64,000 nucleotides of DNA from Candidatus Micrarchaeota archaeon (lineage in GTDB: Archaea; Micrarchaeota; Micrarchaeia; Anstonellales; Bilamarchaeaceae), in the NCBI GenBank assembly GCA_964490215.1, contig CAZBAM010000002.1, positions 12,403 through 76,402 of the forward strand. The letters run 5' to 3'. A model generated the notes under the pieces. The model was not told the origin of the DNA and made no database searches. It saw only the letters and a list, made by a program, of their open reading frames with translations. The translations under genes were made by a program, and so were the position numbers. Positions 46,849 through 54,418 of the stretch are shown piece by piece (positions within the stretch are counted from its first letter, which is position 1; the number at the start of each line of letters is the position of its first letter).

Positions 46849-48147
46849 TCAGAGGCTTTTCCCTATCAGCGCAGCCAGTTCCTTTTTCCTCGCTTCAAGC
46901 TTTTCCTTCGCCTTGTACTCCATCGTCAGCCGGACAATCGGCTCAGTCCCTGACGCCCGGATGAGGAACCAGCCGTCTTCCTCGTCAACGCGCACCCCGT
47001 CGTCGCTCCTGACTTCCCCCGTTATCCCGCTGGCCCTGACCGCCTTCACTATCCTCTCCATGGCAGCCTGCCTGTCGTGCGCAGGGAACTTCTCCCTTGC
47101 CATGAAATGCTGAGGGTAGCGTGCCTTGAGCTTTGAGAACCTGCCGTCCACGCAGAATATCTCCGCGAACTTCGCTGCCGCAAGCACCGCGTCAGGCACG
47201 TGCACCCCGCCCGCATAAATATACTCGCCGCACGGCTCGCCGCCGAAAAGCGCCTCTTGCCGTTCAAGCTCGTCGGCGACGAACGTGCTCCCGACCGGCG
47301 TTATCGCGATTTTCCCGCCCGCGCGCTTCACCGCGTCACTGACAGCCAGCGAGGCCTCCAGCGTGGAGACGATTTTTTTGTTCTTTGAGGACGCGAGCTC
47401 GTGCTCCATCATCATCGCGAGCTGGGCGTCCAGCGGCAGCATCGTCCCGGTCTCGTCAAAAACGACGCACCGGTCGCCGTCGCCGTCGTGGGCTATCGCG
47501 AAGTCCGCGCCGGCTGACCTGACTATGCCGCCGAGGTAGGAAAGGTTCTTCTCGTTCGGCTCCGAGGGCCTCGCGAACCCCTCCAGCGAGGCATTGACGC
47601 TCACCACCACGCAGCCAAGGTCTGAGAGCAGGGACGGGGTTATCACGGCCGCAGCGCCGTTGCAGTCCACAACGATTTTCGGCTTCTTACGCGCTATGGC
47701 TTCGCAGTCCACCAGGCCCATGACCATCGCCTTGTGCCTGTCCACCGCTTCCGGGTCAGTGCCCTTGCGGCCCGGCGTCCTACCCATCCTGAAATGGCTT
47801 TCCCTGTACGCCTGGGTTATCTCCTTCTCAAGGGCCTTGCCTATCTCCTTGCCCTTCTCCATGAGCTTGAGGCCGTTGTATTCAGGCGGGTTGTGGGACG
47901 CGGTCACCATTATGCCCCGGTTCGGGTAAATGGCGACCGTCGGGGTGGGCACTATGCCGAGGTCCACCACGTCCGCCCCGGATGCGAGCGCGCCGGCTGC
48001 TACGGCCTCCATCAGCGGCACGCCGCTTTCCCTTATGTCCCTTCCGGCCACCAGCGTGCCTGAGGCGAATATGTTCGCTATCTTGAGTGCAAGGCCTTCG
48101 GTGATATCCTGGCCGTAGATGCCTCTGATGCCTGAAGTGCCGAACAT
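46849..48147 (-). CDS. glmM: Phosphohexomutase (phosphoglucosamine/phosphomannomutase family)
   Basis: MFGTSGIRG...; active-site TASHNPPEYNGLK; ATG 48147 internal to ORF 46849..48516. Confidence 0.7.
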   Translation of the reverse strand: MFGTSGIRGIYGQDITEGLALKIANIFASGTLVAGRDIRESGVPLMEAVAAGALASGADVVDLGIVPTPTVAIYPNRGIMVTASHNPPEYNGLKLMEKGKEIGKALEKEITQAYRESHFRMGRTPGRKGTDPEAVDRHKAMVMGLVDCEAIARKKPKIVVDCNGAAAVITPSLLSDLGCVVVSVNASLEGFARPSEPNEKNLSYLGGIVRSAGADFAIAHDGDGDRCVVFDETGTMLPLDAQLAMMMEHELASSKNKKIVSTLEASLAVSDAVKRAGGKIAITPVGSTFVADELERQEALFGGEPCGEYIYAGGVHVPDAVLAAAKFAEIFCVDGRFSKLKARYPQHFMAREKFPAHDRQAAMERIVKAVRASGITGEVRSDDGVRVDEEDGWFLIRASGTEPIVRLTMEYKAKEKLEARKKELAALIGKSL

Positions 48148-49582
48148 GGAGATAATCACTAACGGAAACCTATTTATTCCTTCTATGCGAGGGACAGCCA
48201 GAGGTGGTTTCTTGTCTGCCATAGATGATGTCCTGAAATATATCGCCACCAACGAGATACGGTGGATAGACTTGCAGTTCTTTGACGTAAAGGGCCTGAT
48301 GCACCGCGTCAGCCTGTCCAACAGGAAAATTGAGGAGTCCAGCTTCGGCGCAGGCGTGTCCGCCGCTGACCTCACCGAGGTTTTCGGCCCGAGCGAGCAG
48401 GGTGACCTGGTGCTGCTTCCGGACCCGGACACGCTCGCCAGGCTTCCATGGGAGCCGGCCACGGTCCGCCTCGTATGCGACATACTCGCGGCCGCGAAGA
48501 AGGAGCGGTTCCTCAAGGATCCGCGCTACGTCGCCGAGAGGCTGGAGACCAGCCTCGGGGCCGCAGGCATAAAGAACGCGCTTATCGGCGCTGAGGCCGA
48601 CTGCTACATATTTGACACCGCGAGCGCGGACAAGACCACCCGCGGCAGGGGAACCGGCGTCATCATGGACTCGCGCGAGGCCAGGTGGGGGCCGTCCCCG
48701 CTTTCCAACGAGACGCGCGGCGCCTACGTGGCCACGCCCTACGACTCCATGTATTCCGCGAGGACCCAGATATGCGAGACCATGGAGGACAGCTTCGGCA
48801 TGCTGGTGGATTCGCACCGGCACGGCAGGTCACCCACGTCCCAGCAGACGTTTGAGCTTGCCGAGCGGGGCCTGAAATCCGCAGCCGACGCGCTCAACAC
48901 GCTGAAGTTCATCACCAGGAACCTCGCCACGGCCGTGAACGCCTCGGCCACCTTCATGCCATACCCGGTGGAAGGCGAAAAGGGCAACGCGCTGAACGTC
49001 GCGGTGAGCCTCTGGAAGACCGGCGACCAGAACCTCTTCTACGACGGCAAGGAGGAATACGGCCAGCTCAGCCAGGCAGGCAGGTACTACGTCGGCGGCC
49101 TGCTGGAGCACGCGGCCGCGCTCTCGCTGTTCACCGCGCCAACGCCGAACTCCTACCGCAGGCTGGCAGCCGATAACAGGAAGGCCGGCTGGAGCGCTGC
49201 GAGGAAGGACTGCCTCGTTTACGTCCCCTGTGCCAAGCGGAACGTCAAGGAGACCAAGAGGGTTGTCTATGCAGGCGCAGACCCGTCAGCCAACCCCTAC
49301 CTGGCGTATGCGGCCGTGGTGGCCGCGGGCCTTGACGGCATAAAAAGCAAGATAGACCCAGGGGAACCTGTGGAGACAGAGGGCAGGAAAGCCAGGGTGC
49401 AGAAGGCCCTGCCCGGCAGCCTCGGCGAGGCTTCGGCAGCGCTGCAGAGCGACGTGAAGTTCCTCAAGGGCGTGGTTCCGGTTGAGCTCATGGGAGACTT
49501 CATAGAGCTGAAGGAAAGGCAGCACAAGGAATCGCTGAAGGGCGTGACCGCGCTGGAGCTCCAGAAATACTACAACGTCTGA
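48146..49582 (+). CDS. glnA: Glutamine synthetase family protein
   Basis: N-terminal beta-grasp (IRWIDLQFFDVKG); catalytic-domain NSYRRL motif. ATG 48146 is divergent and base-adjacent to the glmM-like start. Confidence 0.65.
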   Translation: MEIITNGNLFIPSMRGTARGGFLSAIDDVLKYIATNEIRWIDLQFFDVKGLMHRVSLSNRKIEESSFGAGVSAADLTEVFGPSEQGDLVLLPDPDTLARLPWEPATVRLVCDILAAAKKERFLKDPRYVAERLETSLGAAGIKNALIGAEADCYIFDTASADKTTRGRGTGVIMDSREARWGPSPLSNETRGAYVATPYDSMYSARTQICETMEDSFGMLVDSHRHGRSPTSQQTFELAERGLKSAADALNTLKFITRNLATAVNASATFMPYPVEGEKGNALNVAVSLWKTGDQNLFYDGKEEYGQLSQAGRYYVGGLLEHAAALSLFTAPTPNSYRRLAADNRKAGWSAARKDCLVYVPCAKRNVKETKRVVYAGADPSANPYLAYAAVVAAGLDGIKSKIDPGEPVETEGRKARVQKALPGSLGEASAALQSDVKFLKGVVPVELMGDFIELKERQHKESLKGVTALELQKYYNV

Positions 49583-49612
49583 TTTTCTTTTTTCCCTTTT
49601 ATGTTCTTGTTC
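49583..49612 (+). terminator. Oligo-T archaeal terminator after glnA
   Basis: tgattttcttttttcccttttatgttcttg immediately after the stop. Confidence 0.45.
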
Positions 49613-49631
49613 CCCTCGTCCAGTGCCCGGT

Positions 49632-49828
49632 CTTTGCAGAAATCCCACAAGAAATGCCTCCATGAACCGGCACGGGGGAACCATCCCGAAGGGATGGTGG
49701 GTCCGGCAGAACGGCGCACCGTTCTGTGGACCAGTGAATGACGCCTCATTCACCCGGTCCCGTGCCCAAAGGGCGTCCTTACATCCTGAATAAGACTAGC
49801 CCGGCACGGCGCATGAGTTTTTCTACAG
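49632..49828 (-). repeat. Structured MITE-like repeat, copy B (about 197 nt; same family as 41539..41675 in inverted orientation, with an extra two-hairpin 55-nt module)
   Basis: Reverse complement aligns end-to-end with copy A; terminal inverted repeats TTGCAGAAAT...TTTCTACAG. Confidence 0.55.
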
Positions 49829-49876
49829 AGCCGCGCCCACAAAGCCATAAAAACCGGCGTCAGTTAAATATCCTCA

Positions 49877-50050
49877 GGGCCCATAGTCGAGTTCCGCCTT
49901 TTGGAAAAAGCGTTGCCGCAATCTCGCGGCAACATTTGACGCTCAAAGCGTCAAAGGCGGCCCAAAACTTATTGTTTAGGGCATGACGACAATGGTTAAG
50001 ACGTCGCTCTTACACAGCGAAGATCCCCAGTTCGATCCTGGGTGGGCCCA
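49877..50050 (+). tRNA. tRNA-Val (anticodon UAC) interrupted by an approximately 100-nt intron/insertion in the D-loop (between positions 17 and 18; 5' exon 49877..49893, 3' exon 49994..50050)
   Basis: 5' exon GGGCCCAUAGUCGAGUU (acceptor, U8, A14, G15). 3' exon GGUUAAGACGUCGCUCUUACACAGCGAAGAUCCCCAGUUCGAUCCUGGGUGGGCCCA: anticodon stem-loop with UAC, 5-nt variable loop, T-arm CCCAG-UUCGAUC-CUGGG, perfectly complementary 7-bp acceptor, discriminator A. The intervening 100 nt contains two perfect hairpins closed by CCGCC/GGCGG. Confidence 0.5.
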
Positions 50051-50335
50051 TTATTTTCTCCTGAGCACAGTCAGCGCCGCAATCCCTGCAAGGAGGGCAG
50101 TCGGGCCGCAGCACGACGACCCGCTTGACACGCCGAACGCGTTTTCAATGCAGCCTACGGAGCACTGGTCGTATTCGTCCGAGCTGCCACCCAGGCAGTC
50201 GCCGCCGCTGGTCCACTGGCCCCCGCTGCCGGTGCAGCAGCTCTCCAGGCAGCTTTGCAGCTGCGCTTCCTGGGCGCTCATGGCGAACCCGCTTCCGGCA
50301 AGCATCAGTCCGAACAACAATAATGCGTATTTCAT
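50051..50335 (-). CDS. Small secreted Cys-rich protein (8 Cys) with signal peptide and C-terminal CCGP–TM–RRK anchor (CGP-CTERM-like sorting signal)
   Basis: MKYALLLFGLMLAGSGFAMS... then ...SSCCGPTALLAGIAALTVLRRK at the C-terminus. Confidence 0.45.
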   Translation of the reverse strand: MKYALLLFGLMLAGSGFAMSAQEAQLQSCLESCCTGSGGQWTSGGDCLGGSSDEYDQCSVGCIENAFGVSSGSSCCGPTALLAGIAALTVLRRK

Positions 50336-50407
50336 GCAGGACTAACCAGAAAAAGCATTATCAACCTATCTGGCCGGTCAGCAGGCCGTCTGAGCCCCCT
50401 GCATCAG

Positions 50408-50689
50408 TCATTTCCTGAATGCAGCGAACGCGGCGATGCCCGCGAGCAGCAAGCCCGGCCCGCAGCATCCCATGTTGGATGTGATGCAGCTCATGGCGCA
50501 GGTGCCGTAACTCTCGGAGTTGGGGTTTTCGCTGTCTATGCTGCATTCGTTATCCCCGCTGTCCCAGGTGCCTCCGTTGCCTGTGCAGCAGGACTTGGCG
50601 CACTGTATCATCGCCTCGCCGTTCCCGCTTGAAGCCGCGAAAGCAGCGCCCAAAACCAGCAATCCGAATAAAATGGCTGCGTATCTCAT
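50408..50689 (-). CDS. Paralogous small secreted Cys-rich protein (8 Cys) with C-terminal CCGP–TM–RK anchor
   Basis: MRYAAILFGLLVLGAAFAAS... then ...GCCGPGLLLAGIAAFAAFRK; shares a C-x3-SCCTG-x-GG-W-SG-D-C core with its neighbour. Confidence 0.45.
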   Translation of the reverse strand: MRYAAILFGLLVLGAAFAASSGNGEAMIQCAKSCCTGNGGTWDSGDNECSIDSENPNSESYGTCAMSCITSNMGCCGPGLLLAGIAAFAAFRK

Positions 50690-50732
50690 GAAAAATTAAG
50701 TCCCGCAACCCTTTTAAGCGTGGTTGGTCCGC

Positions 50733-51293
50733 TCAGCGCGGCCAGGCAGACAGGGGCGGCTTGGTGAAAAGGTAATATTTCTCGTGGCCCTGCAGCTCGC
50801 TGAGTATGCGGTGGGCGAACACGCCTACCGGGTCGGTGAGTGTCGGCACGCGCTTGTGCAGATCTGCAAAGGTGTCAAAAGGCTTCGTTTCCCTTTCATG
50901 GATGATGGCCTCCATGGTCTTCTTCCCTATCCCCGGGAGCAGGTCCAGGGTGTGCACCCTGATGGAGATGGGCCTCGCGTTGTTTATGAACGCCACGAAT
51001 TCTCCTTCCCTCTCCTCCACCGCCTTCTTGAGCATGCTTGGCAGGAACTCCCTGGCCCCGTTCGTGAGGTCGTCGTAGCCTATCCTGCCCTTTATGTGGA
51101 CTATCTCCGTCCGGCCTTCCTTGCCGACGTTGACCTTCTGGCTGAGCATTATGCTGGACGCTGGGGTGACCGTGGCTTCAAGCAGGGTGAAGAACCTGGT
51201 GCCCAGAAGCTGGACTGCCGGCTCCTTCCTGAGCGCCGCGGCATGCCCTGACGGCATGTATTCAATTACCCATGCGAAGTCTTCCATAGCCAT
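50733..51293 (-). CDS. DUF655-family protein (archaeal RNA-binding-like protein commonly encoded next to rpoF)
   Basis: MAMEDFAWVIEYMPSGH..., typical DUF655 start; HhH-like C-terminus. Confidence 0.55.
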   Translation of the reverse strand: MAMEDFAWVIEYMPSGHAAALRKEPAVQLLGTRFFTLLEATVTPASSIMLSQKVNVGKEGRTEIVHIKGRIGYDDLTNGAREFLPSMLKKAVEEREGEFVAFINNARPISIRVHTLDLLPGIGKKTMEAIIHERETKPFDTFADLHKRVPTLTDPVGVFAHRILSELQGHEKYYLFTKPPLSAWPR

Positions 51294-51300
51294 CGCCCTC

Positions 51301-51615
51301 TCACGCGAGTTCCTTTATTATCTCGTTTATGTCCTCTTCGCTGAGCTCCACCTTGTCCTTGGACAGGATGGCCCTTACGGTGGCTGGATTGTCCGGCCGT
51401 ATGTCAATTAGCTTGACTGTGAGTTCCTCGCTGATTTTGCCCTTGGGCATCTTTTCCTTCAGCGCCCTGGCATCTTTCGGGTCCGCCTTGGCGGTTATCT
51501 CAAGGTTCTCCAGGGCCTGCGCCTGCTCGTACCCCAGCTCGCCGCCTTCCTTCCTGGCGGCCAGTATGGTCCGGGCTTCGGATGCGTTCACTGCCTTGGA
51601 TGATCTGGTTTCCAT
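51301..51615 (-). CDS. rpoF: DNA-directed RNA polymerase subunit F (Rpb4-like)
   Basis: Small acidic helical protein ...ISEELTVKLIDIRPDNPATVRAIL...EEDINEIIKELA; conserved context with DUF655 and L21e. Confidence 0.55.
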   Translation of the reverse strand: METRSSKAVNASEARTILAARKEGGELGYEQAQALENLEITAKADPKDARALKEKMPKGKISEELTVKLIDIRPDNPATVRAILSKDKVELSEEDINEIIKELA

Positions 51616-51619
51616 TAAA

Positions 51620-51907
51620 TCACGCTCCGAGTGCGAGGTGGATTGGGCTGACGATTAGCTTCTTGGTCTTTTTATAGTCCCTGACCGCGACCACGTAGCT
51701 CTTGCCCCTCTTTTCCACCACAATGCCGTGCCGGTTGGAATACCTTAAGTGCGGCAGGCCTATCCATTTGGCCTTCGGCCTGACCACTACCTTGTCACCG
51801 ACGTTGAACGTCCTGACGTATTCTGCCACGGTTACCGTGCTCTTGCCCTTGAGCCTGCGCGTAAGCCTGTTGAAAGACCCTTTTGAAGCTCTGACCATAT
51901 GGACCAC
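51620..51907 (-). CDS. rpl21e: 50S ribosomal protein L21e
   Basis: ...FNVGDKVVVRPKAKWIGLPHLRYSNRHGIVVEKRGKSYVV..., the L21e core. Confidence 0.7.
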   Translation of the reverse strand: MVHMVRASKGSFNRLTRRLKGKSTVTVAEYVRTFNVGDKVVVRPKAKWIGLPHLRYSNRHGIVVEKRGKSYVVAVRDYKKTKKLIVSPIHLALGA

Positions 51908-51971
51908 TAAGCATTAGTTCTCTAACGACGGTTTGTTATGAGATAGTCTTTTTAAATAGTAGTCCCCGTTG

Positions 51972-51995
51972 TATATATAAAGCCTTTAAATAAAA
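51972..51995 (+). promoter_or_regulatory. TATA/BRE-like elements of the divergent rpl21e / tbp promoter region
   Basis: tatatataaagcctttaaataaaa upstream of tbp; reverse-strand ctatttaaaaag upstream of rpl21e; aggtgg SD-like motif 5 nt before the tbp TTG start. Confidence 0.4.
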
Positions 51996-52004
51996 GGTGG
52001 TCTT

Positions 52005-52571
52005 TTGTCTAAAAAACCGGATTTTGTAATCACCAACATGGTGGCATCAGCCTCTCTCGGCCTTGAGTTGGACCTCTACGCGCTGGCCAGCAAGATAAAG
52101 GAGATAGAATACGAGCCGGAGCAGTTCCCCGGCGCCATACTCAAGTTCAAGGAGCCCAAGGCATCGCTCCTGCTCTTCAAGAACGGCAAGGTGGTCTGCG
52201 TCGGCTGCAAGCAGCGCATTCTCATAGAGAGGACGATAGACAAGACCATAAAGATGCTCACGCCATACGCCAAGAGGATAAACAGCACCAAGAAGCCCAA
52301 GATAGACATAACCAACATCGTGGCATCGGCCAATCTGGGGCTTGAGCTTGACCTCTACAAGATAGCCTCCAAGCTCAAGGACGTGGAATACGAGCCGGAG
52401 CAGTTCCCCGGCGCCATACTCAAGTTCAAGGAGCCAAAGGCCTCCCTGCTGCTTTTCAAGAACGGCAAGGTCATCTGCGCCGGTGCCAAGAACGAGAAGG
52501 AGATAAGGATAGTGCTGGACAAGGCCAAGAGGCTGCTCAGGCCGTATGCCGAGAAGGCAAGGCAGGGGTAG
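52005..52571 (+). CDS. tbp: TATA-box-binding protein
   Basis: Two tandem TBP repeats (ITNMVASASLGLELDLY... and ITNIVASANLGLELDLY...); apparent TTG start at 52005 preceded by an SD-like motif (first ATG at 52038). Confidence 0.8.
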   Translation: MSKKPDFVITNMVASASLGLELDLYALASKIKEIEYEPEQFPGAILKFKEPKASLLLFKNGKVVCVGCKQRILIERTIDKTIKMLTPYAKRINSTKKPKIDITNIVASANLGLELDLYKIASKLKDVEYEPEQFPGAILKFKEPKASLLLFKNGKVICAGAKNEKEIRIVLDKAKRLLRPYAEKARQG

Positions 52572-52573
52572 GC

Positions 52574-53089
52574 GTGAAGCGGCTCGTCGTTTTCTCCATC
52601 CTCCTTGTCCTGGCAGGCGCCCTGTCCTGCAGCCTGGGTCTCACGAGCCCGGCTGACTGCGTCGGCATAACCCGGGCATCGGAAAGCATGGAGTGCTACC
52701 ACCTCGCAGCCGTGACTGTCGCCCACATGCAGGACAAGTACCTGGCCCAGCAGACCTGCGAGAAGATATGGACGGAATGGGCCGCTGCAGCCCCGGACAT
52801 CGCGCAGCGCGCCGAGCTTGAGTCCAACAACTGCTTCTACGACATCGCGAAAATCCTCAAGGACCCGGACACCTGCGAGTTCATATCAAACCAGCCTGAT
52901 GCGGTGGCCACGAAGCTGGCTGGCCATACGACCACAAAATACCTGTGCATCCAGGAGGCCAAGAGCCTGGCTGCCCTCCATCCCGAGAACTATTTCCAGA
53001 CGCACCCGGACAGCCTGTGCAACGCCCTCTTCGTGCTGCCGCTGGTGCTCGTTGGCGCGGTATTCGCTGGCCGCAGGCTAGAAAGCTAG
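52574..53089 (+). CDS. Hypothetical secreted/membrane-anchored Cys-containing protein (signal peptide, C-terminal TM–RR tail)
   Basis: MKRLVVFSILLVLAGALSCS...; C-terminal LFVLPLVLVGAVFAGRRLES. Confidence 0.3.
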   Translation: MKRLVVFSILLVLAGALSCSLGLTSPADCVGITRASESMECYHLAAVTVAHMQDKYLAQQTCEKIWTEWAAAAPDIAQRAELESNNCFYDIAKILKDPDTCEFISNQPDAVATKLAGHTTTKYLCIQEAKSLAALHPENYFQTHPDSLCNALFVLPLVLVGAVFAGRRLES

Positions 53090-53093
53090 AAAA

Positions 53094-53384
53094 TCAGATT
53101 TCGGTATCCATTATCTCAAGGGCCTTCTTGACGCTCATGCCTTCCCTTATGCCGAGGTCCTCGGCCCAGGTGGTGGTGTACCTTATCTTGGCCTTCTTCA
53201 GGTCGTCAAGGCACTTCACGCCGGACACGAACGCGGCGATGTCGCCCACCTTCTCGGCGGTTTCCTTGTCTATGTAGCTGCAGGCGATGTATCCTTTTTT
53301 TGCCTTCACGACAATAAGGGGAAGATTTCCAATGTCCTGCTTCAGCGCCACGTACCTCTTGCCTTCAAAGGAAACCTCATCCAT
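53094..53384 (-). CDS. DUF1805/YunC-family protein
   Basis: KGYIACSYIDKETAEKVGDIAAFVSGVKCLDDL aligns with B. subtilis YunC KGYIMCGYLNVETAEKLHDAAAMVTGVKTVDQL. Confidence 0.5.
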   Translation of the reverse strand: MDEVSFEGKRYVALKQDIGNLPLIVVKAKKGYIACSYIDKETAEKVGDIAAFVSGVKCLDDLKKAKIRYTTTWAEDLGIREGMSVKKALEIMDTEI

Positions 53385-53622
53385 GGGCTTCCCTCTCCCT
53401 CCTGCGCTGCTCCTGCTGCTTCAGCCTCTCAAAAATTCCCCTGTGCTTTGCGCAGCTTATACAGTAGTAGGAGTCCCTGAAACCTGTGTAGGTCACGTTG
53501 TCCTCTTTCAGGTCCGTTGTAAAATGAGTCCTCGTGGAATATTCCACTGCCTTGTTGCGGGGGACAGCCCTGCCGCACGAAACGCACCGTTCAAGCCTGT
53601 CCCTTCCCCGCCGCGCGCCCAT
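53377..53622 (-). CDS. rps26e: 30S ribosomal protein S26e
   Basis: RCVSCGRAVPRNKAVEY...YYCISCAKHRGIFERL matches the S26e C4 pattern (CxNCGRCVPKDKAI...YCVSCAIH). Confidence 0.55.
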   Translation of the reverse strand: MGARRGRDRLERCVSCGRAVPRNKAVEYSTRTHFTTDLKEDNVTYTGFRDSYYCISCAKHRGIFERLKQQEQRRREREAHG

Positions 53623-53628
53623 GCAAAA

Positions 53629-54345
53629 TCACTTTATGGTTTTGAGTTTTCCCAGACGAGTCCCGTCCAGACGGAATACTAATGCATCGTTGAGTTTAAA
53701 TAGATTGTTGTTAAGAACGGGTCCGAGACGCTCTTCCGACGTGGAATTTATGGGCGAGCCGACCAGCGGGTTGAAGGCCGGCATGAGCACCAGCGTGATG
53801 TCATCCCGGAATTTTTTGTAATGCACGGCGACATTCCCAGCGTCCGCCTGTGCCATGAGCCACACCGGCTCGCTGTGCCGCCTGCCCAGCGTGTCTGTCA
53901 TGGTGACGAGCGGGTGCTGGTGGCCGCTGACCAGGTAATCGCACTCCATCAGCTCCTTCGCGGGCCAGGAATGGCCGTGCATCAGGCCCAGGCCCCGGTA
54001 GACGAAGCCGGCCGATGGCATTATTTTCGCGCTGCCGCACTTCTCTATGCCGCCGTCATGGTTGCCGCGTGCCACGATGACCTCACAGAGCAGCGACAGC
54101 CGCGCGAGAACGTCCGCGGTCACCGGGTCCAGCACGGTTATGTCCTCCTTCACGTCCCCCAGGAGGATGAGCCTCTTCGCCTCGTGGGCGGTTATCAGTT
54201 CCTTCAGCTTCTCAAAGAGCCGCATGCTGAACTGCCCGTCAAATATGCCGCGGCGGCGGAGCCTGTCCTCCATGCCGAAGTGCGTGTCGCCCACTATGAG
54301 CGCGTCCTTGTACAGGATGGCTGGGGCGTTGTAAAGGAACTTCAT
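53629..54345 (-). CDS. Calcineurin-like metallophosphoesterase
   Basis: GDTHFG, LLGDVKEDIT, GNHD, HGH motifs. Confidence 0.6.
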   Translation of the reverse strand: MKFLYNAPAILYKDALIVGDTHFGMEDRLRRRGIFDGQFSMRLFEKLKELITAHEAKRLILLGDVKEDITVLDPVTADVLARLSLLCEVIVARGNHDGGIEKCGSAKIMPSAGFVYRGLGLMHGHSWPAKELMECDYLVSGHQHPLVTMTDTLGRRHSEPVWLMAQADAGNVAVHYKKFRDDITLVLMPAFNPLVGSPINSTSEERLGPVLNNNLFKLNDALVFRLDGTRLGKLKTIK

Positions 54346-54418
54346 GAGGTCATCACATCCCGCTCCTGGGCGGGTAGTTTACCTGGCCCGTATCTGCCTG
54401 GCACATTTCCGCGCGCCC

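Noticed and set aside
41539-49828. Possibility that the two structured repeats are SRP RNA or RNase P RNA genes
   Set aside because: Neither copy contains the conserved RNase P CR-I/CR-V (GNAANNUC/ACAGNRA) nor the SRP helix-8/GNAR features. The presence of terminal inverted repeats and two diverged copies fits a MITE or small-RNA family better.
49983-50345. ORF 49983..50345 (+) MTTMVKTSLLHSEDPQ...
   Set aside because: Its 5' end is the 3' exon of the predicted tRNA-Val and the rest is antisense to the Cys-rich secreted-protein gene, so it is almost certainly non-coding on this strand.
52005-52571. TBP internal repeat as a tandem gene duplication of two separate genes
   Set aside because: It is a single ORF; the two-repeat structure is the normal TBP fold. 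Only the unusually high inter-repeat identity is noteworthy, and that is reported as a finding.
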